From contig JBHLKM010000007.1 of NCBI GenBank assembly GCA_048886685.1, positions 32,001-96,000 on the forward strand: a DNA stretch of 64,000 nucleotides. The letters are read 5' to 3'. This document shows positions 20,132-29,968 of the stretch, one piece after another; within the stretch, counting starts at the first letter, position 1; each line of letters begins with the position of its first letter. The stretch comes from Candidatus Hodarchaeota archaeon. Lineage in GTDB: Archaea > Asgardarchaeota > Lokiarchaeia > Sigyniarchaeales > SOKP01. The translations under genes were made by a program, and so were the position numbers. The notes beneath the pieces are model-generated. The model did not search any database and was not told the origin of the DNA. It worked only from the letters and a program-made list of their open reading frames with translations.

Positions 20132-20719
20132 TTATTTTTCATGAGATTTTTTATCTTCTAGTAGTTTTACTGCTTTTCTTCCTAGGTTGTACGCTTTTAA
20201 CAATTCATCTTTTTTTTCTAATATTTTTCCTTTTTGATAACAAGCAGGGACACAGATATCCCCAATATAATTTCCTCTAAGAACTTGAATTGTTAATTTC
20301 ATTGGTTCAGTGATAAAACGACTATGCTCATAATCATCCCTACCAAACGTACATAATATTATGTGCCCTTTACTATTAAATCTATCAGCATAACGAGGAT
20401 TATTAAAATATGAAGAAAACCTATCAATAAAACATTTCATTTGTGCGGAAACACCATGCCAATAGAGAGGACTTGCCCAGATGATGAGATCAGATTCTAA
20501 AAATTTATTTAGAAGTTGGGGGTAATCATCATCTGCCCGTAAATCTTCTCTGTTTCGACTATCATCGACTACCTCACCGATAGGTCTTATGTGAAAATCA
20601 TCTAAATAGATTTTATCAACCAAAGCTCCTACTGATTTTGCTCCCTTTAAAACTTCATCTGCCAATAAATCCGAGTTCCCTTTTTTTCTAGGACTTCCTA
20701 ATAATGCTAAAACTTGCAT
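20132..20719 (-). CDS. Flavodoxin-like NADPH-dependent FMN reductase lacking the Fe-S Cys motif
   Basis: GSPRKKGNS, SPLYW, AQMKCFIDR. Confidence 0.88.
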   Translation of the reverse strand: MQVLALLGSPRKKGNSDLLADEVLKGAKSVGALVDKIYLDDFHIRPIGEVVDDSRNREDLRADDDYPQLLNKFLESDLIIWASPLYWHGVSAQMKCFIDRFSSYFNNPRYADRFNSKGHIILCTFGRDDYEHSRFITEPMKLTIQVLRGNYIGDICVPACYQKGKILEKKDELLKAYNLGRKAVKLLEDKKSHEK

Positions 20720-21166
20720 AATAATAGCAATAATATGAAAGTTGTTTTAGATTTTATCATTATTTAGGAAATAGGATATACATTATTGATGTTATCTCAG
20801 TTAGTTTGTAAAACAAACTATAATAGCTATCTTAATTTTATGATCTTCTCTTTAATATGCCTATTAATCCACCTAGAATATCATACTATATAAAAAAAAA
20901 AGATTTAGGAAAGTTAGATTTCTTTCATAATTTTTTATGGATTTTTTGTAAGAAAGTCTTTTGTTATAGTCAAGTTCTGATTTTGAGAAAGGAATTAGAC
21001 TCCAATAGTATTCTAAGATCTAGTAAAAGGGTCATTAATAGGGCGATCAGAATCGAAGAGATAATGTGAACTTTTAAATAATTATACTAAATTAAATAGA
21101 TTACTGGAATTAAATAATATGCAAATTAAATAGAATGTAATAATTAAATAGAGGTTAATATTTGTT

Positions 21167-22048
21167 ATGGGAAGACTTAATGAAAAAGTTGCGGTGATTA
21201 CTGGGGGCTCAAGTGGTATAGGGAAAGCGACTGTTGAGCTCTTCATTAAAGAGGGTGCTCGCGTTGTGTTTGGTGATATTCTTGATCAGCAAGGAAAAGA
21301 GATTGCTGAAAAACTTGGGGATAATGCTTCTTATATCCATACGAATGTAAGATTCGAGTCCGACATTAAAGCTTTATTAGACCTTGCTGTTAATAAATAT
21401 GGGAGAATTGATATCTTATATAATAATGCGGGTTTTGGGGGTGCATTAGGATTAATTGAGAATATTCCAACCGATGCATTTGATGTAACAATGGAGGTTT
21501 TATTCCGAAGTGTATTTTTGGGAATAAAGCTTGTAACCCCAATCATGAAGGAACAAGGTTCAGGAAGTATAATAAGTACGTCCAGCGTAGCTGGTATGCA
21601 TGGAGAAGGGCTTCACATATATAGTTCAGCAAAAGCGGCGATTATTCAATTTACGCGTTCTGTTGCAAAAGAACTTGGTGAATATGGCATTCGTGTAAAT
21701 TGTATTTGTCCAGGCGTTATCGCAACCCCTATATTTGGAAAAGCATTTGGACTCCCCCAAGATCAGGCGGAAAGGATGGCTGAAATGATTAAGGCTATGC
21801 CAACAGAAAACCAACCTATAAATCGTAGAGGAATTCCTGAAGATATAGCTAAAGCAGCTTTATGGCTTGCAAGTGAAGATTCTGGATTTGTAACGGGGCA
21901 TGCATTGATAGTTGATGGAGGGCTTTTGGGGGGCCCAAAATACTCAAAATCTATTGAAAGTTATGAAATGATCGCAAAAACCCTAAAATTGGGAGATTTA
22001 GAGGACATTTTCAATAAAGTAAACGAAAGAATCGCTGAAAGTAAATAG
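21167..22048 (+). CDS. Short-chain dehydrogenase/reductase
   Basis: TGGSSGIG, NNAG, YSSAK, VNCICPG. Confidence 0.93.
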   Translation: MGRLNEKVAVITGGSSGIGKATVELFIKEGARVVFGDILDQQGKEIAEKLGDNASYIHTNVRFESDIKALLDLAVNKYGRIDILYNNAGFGGALGLIENIPTDAFDVTMEVLFRSVFLGIKLVTPIMKEQGSGSIISTSSVAGMHGEGLHIYSSAKAAIIQFTRSVAKELGEYGIRVNCICPGVIATPIFGKAFGLPQDQAERMAEMIKAMPTENQPINRRGIPEDIAKAALWLASEDSGFVTGHALIVDGGLLGGPKYSKSIESYEMIAKTLKLGDLEDIFNKVNERIAESK

Positions 22049-22251
22049 CACATAAAATTATAATATTTTTTTCACTCTTATTTTATCTCAATCGATTCTT
22101 AAATCGGCGCAAAACTAAAAGTCGGGTGAATATTGAAGAAAAACAACGTATTGATCTTGACTACTGATACTTTAAATCATAGATATCTTCAATTTTCTCA
22201 TAGAAAAAATCATAAATATACTAATATTTTTAACATTAAATTGTCAAAGAA

Positions 22252-23847
22252 TTGATGGAAAAAATGAGTAATTCAGTTATTAAAACTGTTGATTTATTTT
22301 ATAATCCAAAGTCAGTTGCAGTAATTGGTGCTTCGAAGGTTCCAATGAAAGGTGGGAACCGTATAGTTAAAAATCTATATAGAAATGGCTACAAAGGTCA
22401 GATTTATCCTGTTAATCCCAACTATAATGAAGAAGATGAACTATGTGGTTTCCAATTTTATAAAACTGTTTTAGATATAAAAGGGGAGGTAGATCTTGCC
22501 ATTTTTTATGTAAACAATCGTATTGCAACTAATATTCTTAAAGATTGTGTTAAGAAAGGAATAAAAGCGGCAATAATCCAAAGCGCTGGTTTTGAGGAAG
22601 TGGGGGTAGAAGGGTTAAAATTAAGGGATGAAATTGCTGCTATTACAGAAAATTTCTCTAAATTACGTATTATTGGTCCTAATTGTATGGGAATCAGTCG
22701 CTTCGATGGGGATTATGATGATAAAAAAGGAGGTTTCTTCACTGGACAATTTACTCTTAGGAATTACAAAAGAGGTAATGTGGCGATCATCACCCAGAGT
22801 GGTTTCTTGAATGGAGGAATAGCGCCACTGATTTTTCGTCAGTATCCAAATCTTGGATTTAGGTACATCATTTCAATTGGAAACAAGATGGACTTGGGAG
22901 AAAATGAATTTTTAGAATACATATTAGAAGATGATACTGTGAATGTCATTGCGATATATTTAGAGTCATTTAAAGACCCTAGAAAATTCATCTCTTTATG
23001 TAGAAAAGCAAAACAAATGCCTAAAAAAACTATTATCCTTGTAAAAGGTGGAAAAACAAGCCAAGGGATGAAAGCAGCTTCTAGCCACACAGGTGCTTTA
23101 GCTGAAGATGAAAGACTAATTGACGCTATTATAAAACAAGCAGGAGTTATTCAAGCAAATAATTTTTTTGAAATGTTCCAATTTCTAAGAACATTTTCCA
23201 TGATGTATAAATCCGGTAAAAAATTCCCTAAGAAAGGAAATATCGCTCTTGTTGTTGGGAGTGGAGGTATGGGAACTGTAATGGGGGATGTTGCTATGAA
23301 ATATGGTTTAAAGTTCCCTGAATTTGGTGAGAATAGTTATAACATTCTTAAAAGTGTATTCCCTGATTGGATGCCTCCAAACCGATTTGCTCTCGTTGAT
23401 TCTTGGCCTACAATGGAAAAAGCAATGATGGATGCAGCTAAAAAAGCCAAAAGTACTACTAAAAAATCACCGAATAAGACTACTACAAATGAAAAAGAAA
23501 TGAATCCATTTCGTATGATGGGTTCTTTTGGAAATGTTATGGACGTAATTCAAAGAGCCGTTTTAGAAGAACCTAAAATAGAAGGATTGTTCACATCAAT
23601 GCCAGGTGGTCCAAGAGGACGTGAAGGAACAATGGGTTTTATGACACCGATGCTTGAACGCATAGCAAAATACCCGAAACCCGTTTTCTTTTATTCAGTA
23701 ATGGAAAGTGAGGAATCTTTGGAGATGTTACGGTTGTATGGCAAGTATAATATTCCTTTTTTTAACAGAACTGAAGATGTTGCCAAGAATTTTGCGATTT
23801 TGGTCCAAGAAACAAAGATTAAAGAAAGATTTTTAAAAACATTTTAA
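22252..23847 (+). CDS. ADP-forming acyl-CoA synthetase alpha-type (CoA-binding) protein
   Basis: SVAVIGAS, IYPVNP, IIGPNCMG, TQSG, AASSHTGAL. Confidence 0.9.
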   Translation: MMEKMSNSVIKTVDLFYNPKSVAVIGASKVPMKGGNRIVKNLYRNGYKGQIYPVNPNYNEEDELCGFQFYKTVLDIKGEVDLAIFYVNNRIATNILKDCVKKGIKAAIIQSAGFEEVGVEGLKLRDEIAAITENFSKLRIIGPNCMGISRFDGDYDDKKGGFFTGQFTLRNYKRGNVAIITQSGFLNGGIAPLIFRQYPNLGFRYIISIGNKMDLGENEFLEYILEDDTVNVIAIYLESFKDPRKFISLCRKAKQMPKKTIILVKGGKTSQGMKAASSHTGALAEDERLIDAIIKQAGVIQANNFFEMFQFLRTFSMMYKSGKKFPKKGNIALVVGSGGMGTVMGDVAMKYGLKFPEFGENSYNILKSVFPDWMPPNRFALVDSWPTMEKAMMDAAKKAKSTTKKSPNKTTTNEKEMNPFRMMGSFGNVMDVIQRAVLEEPKIEGLFTSMPGGPRGREGTMGFMTPMLERIAKYPKPVFFYSVMESEESLEMLRLYGKYNIPFFNRTEDVAKNFAILVQETKIKERFLKTF

Positions 23848-23957
23848 CCTTTGGAATGGTGCTTGTACTTAGTTATCTTATTTGGTTCGGAATCCATTCC
23901 AACAAGCTATTTATTTCACAAAAAATATTTTCGAATATAAAAAATATATAATTGAGG

Positions 23958-24071
23958 AAAATTTTAGTTATAAGTTTAATAATTCAATAAATTGCTTTAC
24001 TCCTCGATTTGGATCATATTGCATATGTGGATTGGTAGAACTAGATATAATGAAAGTATTTTCAGGAAATC
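23958..24071 (-). repeat. Orphan copy of the 3' end of gene 27865..29040
   Basis: 105/114 nt identical to 27855-27968; encodes ...PHMQYDPNRGVKQFIELLNL* vs PHMYYDPNRGVKQFIELLKL*. Confidence 0.92.
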
Positions 24072-24130
24072 CATTATATAGACTATGTCTATAAAGATAG
24101 ATTTAAATATCTAATTTAGTAATAATAAAA

Positions 24131-24625
24131 TTGAGGATCGAAATGAAATACTTACATTCAGTAGCTATAATTGGTCTTATAGGGAGTTTATTATTAATAT
24201 ATGGTTTTTTTGCTTTATTAAATTACATCTTTGAATATGCGACAATTTTAAGTGGATTTGGTTTGACATATCAAATTATTAGCTCAGATCTTCTAACATT
24301 TTTTATTTTAAATGCCATATTGCAATTGATTTTTGGAATAATTGCGTTGATTTCTTCAATATTTGTGATTAAAGAAAAGAAAATAGGTGTTTACATTTTA
24401 TTTTGTATTGGTATTATTACTTCAATATTTATGTTTATAGTTATCTATCCACGTCAAGAATATATGTTATCACCAGATATAACATTAATTATTGGACCTA
24501 TACGATTATTATCTAATCATACAATTGATATTACTCCTTTTATTATTCTAATTGCTGGATTATTACCCTTTATCCTTAAATCTGATGAGTGGGTAATTAT
24601 CAACAAAGACAAAAAGATTAGTTAA
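24131..24625 (+). CDS. Hypothetical multi-pass membrane protein
   Basis: Four hydrophobic segments; clean ORF. Confidence 0.7.
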   Translation: MRIEMKYLHSVAIIGLIGSLLLIYGFFALLNYIFEYATILSGFGLTYQIISSDLLTFFILNAILQLIFGIIALISSIFVIKEKKIGVYILFCIGIITSIFMFIVIYPRQEYMLSPDITLIIGPIRLLSNHTIDITPFIILIAGLLPFILKSDEWVIINKDKKIS

Positions 24626-24815
24626 TGTCTAATAGTTTAATAGTCTAATAGTGGTTTTAATTTTTCTTGGAATAATAACATTGGTAGTTGTCTTACTTTT
24701 TGCTCCCGGTAGAAGTGAAAAAATTTTTGGTATTCTAACTTTTCTTGCTGTACTTCTTATAGTTATTCCCTTTTTCATCTTTATGTTATTTTATCAAAAG
24801 ATAAGATCTAGTTAA
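24625..24815 (+). pseudogene. Small 2-TM protein gene frameshifted by an 8-bp duplication (or translated from GTG 24651)
   Basis: Removing CTAATAGT at 24645-24652 joins ATG 24625 (TAATG overlap) to an open frame: MSNSLIVVLIFLGIITLVVVLLFAPGRSEKIFGILTFLAVLLIVIPFFIFMLFYQKIRSS*. Confidence 0.55.
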
Positions 24816-25005
24816 TTTTATTTAATTTAATCAACGTTTTTTTGCTGTTTTTTCCTTAATTATCTATACTATAAAATTGATATAGAGAGTATCAAATTCG
24901 AACATCAACTGTTTTGATTTGTAAGATTTAAATTGAATGGAACTTATAGGAAGTAAAGCATAACACTCTCTATAATCCAATGGTATATATAGAGATCAGA
25001 AAAAA

Positions 25006-26094
25006 ATGAAAGAGAATAAAGTTATTACTGATATAGAGCAGCTAACCCCGGAATGGTTGACGAATATCTTCAAGAATAAGGGTTACCTTAGCCAAGGAAA
25101 AGTTACAAAAATAATTAAGAAAAAATCGCAAGAAACCATTACTTCTTTTGTGTATTTCTTAGAGCTAAACTTTTCAACTGATGCTCAGACAGAACCACCT
25201 TCTCGTGAATTAGTTGTAAAAATTTCAAAACACAATGATGAGTTCAAAATTTACGGGAGACAAGAAGCTAAATTTTATAATATCATAGCTGAAAACATGA
25301 TTGAAATGCCAATTCCAACTTGCTATGATGCGGTATTTTCTGAAGAAACTGGTTTGTCTCATATTATCCTTGAAAATATATCGAAGACCCATGAAACATT
25401 GTTGAACTTTCCTTTTGGACCACCTCCTTCAAAACAACATTTTGAAAAAGCGATTGATAGTTTAGCAGAAATTCATGCTTTTTGGTGGGATCATAAAAAC
25501 CTTAAGGAATTATCTAAACAATCAAGAGGACCTCTTTCTCTTTTTTTAACAAGAGTAAGAAAAGAGGCACTTCAACGTTTTTTAGAAGACGTTGGAGATA
25601 AAATGAGTGATAACAGAAAATCACTATTGAAGAAAATATTTTCATTATATCCCCAAGCAGTAGATGAGCGAATCGCAAAAAAAAATCTAACTATAATACA
25701 TACTGACGCTCATTTAGGGCAATTTTTTTATCCAAAAAATAATGATAATGAAAAGTATAAAGCGATACTAAGTGATTGGCAAGGTTGGAATATCGGTGTA
25801 GGAGGTCTAGATCTAGCATATATGATTGGGCTTTTTTTATCCCCCGAAAACAGACGTTTAATGGAAAAAAAACTTATCAAACGTTATCATAGCCATCTTA
25901 TTAAGTTGGGCATAAAAAACTATAACTGGGATAAGTGTTGGTATGATTACAAATTATTTACATTTTTAAACATTTACCACTGTATCTGGTGGTGGAATGT
26001 GGGTATGGTTTCTTCTTCCTTCTTCTGGGCTAGATTAGAAACATCCATTGCTACCATAGAAGATTTAAATTGTATGGAACTTTTAGAAAGCTGA
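25006..26094 (+). CDS. APH/choline-kinase-like (EcKL) phosphotransferase
   Basis: LVVK, EAKFY, LAEIHAFWW, IIHTDAHLGQ (Brenner-like), LSDWQ, DLAY. Confidence 0.85.
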   Translation: MKENKVITDIEQLTPEWLTNIFKNKGYLSQGKVTKIIKKKSQETITSFVYFLELNFSTDAQTEPPSRELVVKISKHNDEFKIYGRQEAKFYNIIAENMIEMPIPTCYDAVFSEETGLSHIILENISKTHETLLNFPFGPPPSKQHFEKAIDSLAEIHAFWWDHKNLKELSKQSRGPLSLFLTRVRKEALQRFLEDVGDKMSDNRKSLLKKIFSLYPQAVDERIAKKNLTIIHTDAHLGQFFYPKNNDNEKYKAILSDWQGWNIGVGGLDLAYMIGLFLSPENRRLMEKKLIKRYHSHLIKLGIKNYNWDKCWYDYKLFTFLNIYHCIWWWNVGMVSSSFFWARLETSIATIEDLNCMELLES

Positions 26095-26248
26095 AGTACC
26101 TTTAAGAACTGAAAGAACAAAGTCATAACAGTTTCATAATCCCAATTTTTTAGGTTATTAAGAGTCTATTTTTAATAGTTCTATAAGCATACTTATATAA
26201 ATGCTTTGAAAAAAACAACATTTATTTGATGAATAATTATATTTTATT

Positions 26249-27568
26249 TTATACTTGTTTTCGGATTAAATATTTTCTAAGGTATACTAGAGAAATCACG
26301 ATTATTAGGATATGTAGAATATAAATATTTCCTAATGAAATGGTTAGTCTATCCCCATTGCCATCTTCAAATAATTCAACACGAGATAAGAAATATACCG
26401 AATTGTCTGGAGAATAAGTTCCAGCAACAATATTATTACCATCAGACGAAATTGCTACTTTAGATACAGCATATCCGGTTTGGTAACTCCACAATGGTAC
26501 AGAACTAGAATTTTCGAAAAAGGAGATCTTATTTTTCTCATAGCCTGCTATTAAATAAGTACCATTTGAAGATATCGCAACTGAATTTACATTATTATCC
26601 ATTTCAGGAGTTTCATAGCTCCATAGGTGTGTTTTTGGTAAAGTTGTTGAATTATCAAACAAATAAATTGTACTTTGTAAAGTACCAGCAATTATATAGT
26701 TATTATCGGATGATATAGCTATTGTTTGTACACTTGGGGTGGGAGTATTATAGCTCCATAAAGGAGTGGAACTATCTTTTTGAAAAAGATAGACATGAGA
26801 ATCTAGAGTTCCTGCTGCAATATTATTACCATTTGCCGAAATCGATACAGAATAAACCCATGATCCAGTATGGTTATTCTATATTGGCAATTTAGGAGTA
26901 GAAATCGAATTATTGAATAGGTATACGTATGAGTCATAACCTCCTGCTACAATATAATTTCCATCAGCCGAAATTGATACCGAATTTGGAGTATCAGATC
27001 TTAAAAAGTTCCACATAGGTGTTTTTGGTGTTGTAATTGAATTATTAAATAGATAAATTTTATTATCACCACCTGCTACTGCTATATATTTTCCATCCGA
27101 AGAAATAGCTACATCTTGTACTACTTTAATCGCTGTTTGATAACTCCATAGTGGGGTTTTTAGGGTTGCAACTGATTTGTTAAATAAATAGATTTTACCT
27201 ATACTAGACCCCGCTACAATATAATTCCCATTTGAAGATATCGCAACTGTCTGAACATTATTCCCTGTATTATAGCTCCATAATGGTGTTGAATTTGAAT
27301 TCTCGAAAAAGTAAACCTTATCATCATTGCTACCTGCTACAAGATACTTCCCATCGGAAGATATATCTACTGACCATATTGCCCCTTCTGATCTATAAAT
27401 CCATGCTAAATTAGTTCCTGAACTCTGTGGATGAATATTATATCTATCATTTATTTTTCTGGAAATTTCACTCTCTTTGAGAAAATTGAATGTTGTCTGA
27501 ATGCTTATTAAAAATGTAAAAATAAATATGAACTTAATAATTATTATTTTTTTTCTCATTGTTACCAA
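26249..27568 (-). pseudogene. Membrane-anchored WD40-like beta-propeller gene with one in-frame TAG
   Basis: Repeats V.ISSDG.Y.VAG...YLF...PLW; both listed ORFs share one frame and are separated only by TAG at 26879-26881 where Trp is expected; N- and C-terminal TM segments. Confidence 0.85.
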
Positions 27569-27688
27569 TCTAGAATTAGTTTGTCTGATAAATAATGTAC
27601 AAAAATTGTCTTTAGGTTAAGATTTATTTAATCAAATACATAAGCTTTCTGCTAAAATATTTAGATTTAAAACTTTCTTATTTGAAAA

Positions 27689-27799
27689 ATGGAATCACTC
27701 TATAAAATAGAGGAAGAGGCCATAGGAATAACAGATTCGTAACGAGCTCAAATTTACGAGTTTGCCAGGTCAGTTAGTAAAGAAGTCCTGGAAGAGGTG
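27689..27799 (+). pseudogene. 5' fragment of a homolog of the 113-aa gene (17653)
   Basis: MESLYKIEEEAIGITDS*RAQIYEFARSVSKEVLEEV vs MEPLQKIEEEAQAITDTQRSQIYEFAREVSKDTLEEV (27/37 identical, internal TAA). Confidence 0.88.
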
Positions 27800-27864
27800 T
27801 ACTATTTATTTTGTAAAAACAATTTCCAAGTAAAAAAAAAATAAATAATTCAGAAAAATTTTAG

Positions 27865-29040
27865 TTATAATTTTAATAATTCAATAAATTGTTTTACTCC
27901 TCGATTTGGATCATAATACATATGTGGAGTGGCAGAACTTGGTATAATGGAAGTATTTTCAGGAAATCTTCCCGTGAAATTAACAATAATACTTTTAGAT
28001 TTGATACTTTTTGTAGAATTAATGGCTCCGATGAAAGCAATCAACCCACTTTTTTCAAGTTCAAAAAATTTTAAACCTAATTCAATGGTAGGATACACTC
28101 TCGCGTTGACCAATTCTCTAATTATATTTTCCTTATGATTGAGGATATCCTTGTTTGAAACCTGTGATGTGAGAATTCTTCCACCGTCTTTTCTCCAACG
28201 GACAAATCTTTCTATAGCATATATAGGTTTAGAACTTCCTAATGTAGTTTCAATATCCGAAGTTTCATATGTCCTTTCCTTAAATACATCTAAAGGATTA
28301 TTACCCATGGAGTGCTCATTTAAAGCATCAACAATAGGCGTTGATACATTACTTACTGGTTGAACCACTAAAATCTCGGGACTTAAATTCACTTGCGAAG
28401 CATATTCAATGAATCCTATTGGACCTACACCTCCAGATACAGTCTGGACATAACATATATCATTATTTAATAGATTCATATGATCTAATACAAAACCAAT
28501 TTGACCATATGCAGCTGTTTTTAGATTTGCATCAGCTAGAACAACCTTATATGATTTTGACATCTCTTTCATGAGTTTTGTGGCAAAATTTCTTATATTA
28601 TCTAGTGATGAATTTCTTAAGATAATATATTTCACATAAGGATTGTTTTCAATTACACTTTGAGATACTTTGAAAGAAGAGATTTCAGGAACCAACAAAA
28701 TTCCTTTGATTTCCTTCTTTGATTCAATATTATACTTTTTTAGTGATCTCGCCAGAGATTCAACTGTATTTCCAGATGAAGTTGAGATTATATAGTCAAT
28801 TTCATTCTTATCATATACATGAAGTAAATACTGACAATCGACGTCTTTAAAAGTTGGTGTACTCCAGCATATACAAAATACTTTTTTATTAGGTATTAAC
28901 TCAGGGATATATCTAACAGATATAGGTATGATTGGAAAATATTCGGATTGGATCTTCCTTCCTGTCAATTTAAAATAAATGTTATCACTAAATTTCCAAT
29001 TATTTCCTCCAATATAACTTGAAGAAATTGTATTTGTCAT
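27865..29040 (-). CDS. Fold-type II PLP-dependent enzyme (threonine synthase/dehydratase-like), divergent
   Basis: TPTFKD (PLP Lys), SSGNT, VSGGVG phosphate loop, VNFTG. Confidence 0.75.
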   Translation of the reverse strand: MTNTISSSYIGGNNWKFSDNIYFKLTGRKIQSEYFPIIPISVRYIPELIPNKKVFCICWSTPTFKDVDCQYLLHVYDKNEIDYIISTSSGNTVESLARSLKKYNIESKKEIKGILLVPEISSFKVSQSVIENNPYVKYIILRNSSLDNIRNFATKLMKEMSKSYKVVLADANLKTAAYGQIGFVLDHMNLLNNDICYVQTVSGGVGPIGFIEYASQVNLSPEILVVQPVSNVSTPIVDALNEHSMGNNPLDVFKERTYETSDIETTLGSSKPIYAIERFVRWRKDGGRILTSQVSNKDILNHKENIIRELVNARVYPTIELGLKFFELEKSGLIAFIGAINSTKSIKSKSIIVNFTGRFPENTSIIPSSATPHMYYDPNRGVKQFIELLKL

Positions 29041-29058
29041 AGTTCTTCTTAGAAAAAT

Positions 29059-29229
29059 TTAAGGATTGTTACACCACAAAGGTTCTTTTGGAGGGAGAAT
29101 ATCTTCACATTTTTCTTTCACATCACAATCTCGACAGATAGTTGAAATACTTCTAAAATTTCCATAACACGATGGTAAAATTATTATAATCGAGACATAA
29201 TTATCGGATTTAATCTCATTTTTGCTCAT
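29059..29229 (-). CDS. Small Cys-rich protein (56 aa), not in the ORF track
   Basis: AGGAG RBS upstream; MSKNEIKSDNYVSIIIILPSCYGNFRSISTICRDCDVKEKCEDILPPKEPLWCNNP*. Confidence 0.6.
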   Translation of the reverse strand: MSKNEIKSDNYVSIIIILPSCYGNFRSISTICRDCDVKEKCEDILPPKEPLWCNNP

Positions 29230-29362
29230 TTAAGTTTTCTCCTAAATTTTTTGATGGATGTAATACTCATTGAAAATAGTGACACAAATATTTAAAGTTT
29301 ATGATGCATTATGACATAATTAATGACATAAAATTATTTTCAAGTCAAAAAAAGGTGTTTGA

Positions 29363-29938
29363 ATTATATCTCATGAAAGAAAAGGTCAAAAGAACTCGGT
29401 TCATGCTACAATTTCCCATGAATCTTATGAAATTTTACAGCAATATAAAGAAGAATTTGGTTCAAAGTCTGCTGTTGTAGATGCTGCACTCAAATCGTTG
29501 AAGAAATCTAAAGAACCACACTTAGAGGATCAAAAAAGAGTATGGTGTAGAGCCAGAGATGAACTAAATATGCTCTTGGTTGGAAAAACGACCTTTCTTA
29601 GTTATATTAAAGGTAAAGTTAAGGAGGCTTACACAAAAAATATTGCTGTTGAAACAATTGAATGGTATTTAGGAAAAAGGATAGAAAGTATGACTTTACA
29701 AGAATTTTTGGGAGGTCTTAAAGGAATGTGGCTTGTTGCTAATTATTTTTATAGTATAGAATTAGAAAAAAATGAAAAAGGTACTTATCAAATGAGATTC
29801 AATCATGAATTGACAAAAGATTATAGCATTTTCTGGGCAGAATACTTCGAGAAGCTATTGATCGATAATTGGGGATGTTTTATTGAGGCTTTCATCCGCA
29901 ATGAATCTTTTTATTTAATTATTAGGAAAGAATTATGA
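29363..29938 (+). CDS. Putative ribbon-helix-helix transcriptional regulator; true N-terminus lies upstream of the listed 29498 start
   Basis: In-frame upstream sequence VHATISHESYEILQQYKEEFGSKSAVVDAALKSL has an RHH pattern; no ATG/GTG/TTG in that frame. Confidence 0.6.
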   Translation: MISHERKGQKNSVHATISHESYEILQQYKEEFGSKSAVVDAALKSLKKSKEPHLEDQKRVWCRARDELNMLLVGKTTFLSYIKGKVKEAYTKNIAVETIEWYLGKRIESMTLQEFLGGLKGMWLVANYFYSIELEKNEKGTYQMRFNHELTKDYSIFWAEYFEKLLIDNWGCFIEAFIRNESFYLIIRKEL

Positions 29939-29968
29939 TAAATTCTCTTTATAGTTATCTTAAAGATA

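Noticed and set aside
19527-20160. Direct repeats as IS target-site duplications, att sites or integron attC sites
   Set aside because: Each repeat pair is unrelated to the others, derives from a neighbouring gene end, and has no terminal inverted repeats or recombinase.
23882-24094. 70-aa plus-strand ORF
   Set aside because: It is the antisense reading of the orphan 3'-end copy at 23958-24071.
26879-26881. Pyrrolysine readthrough of the TAG
   Set aside because: The position is a conserved Trp of the repeat (TGG to TAG is one transition) and no pyl genes are present in the window.
17953-27968. Duplicated gene ends as DGR template/variable repeats
   Set aside because: Mismatches are not confined to adenines (e.g. 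GGC/GCC, and C/T changes) and there is no reverse transcriptase in the window.
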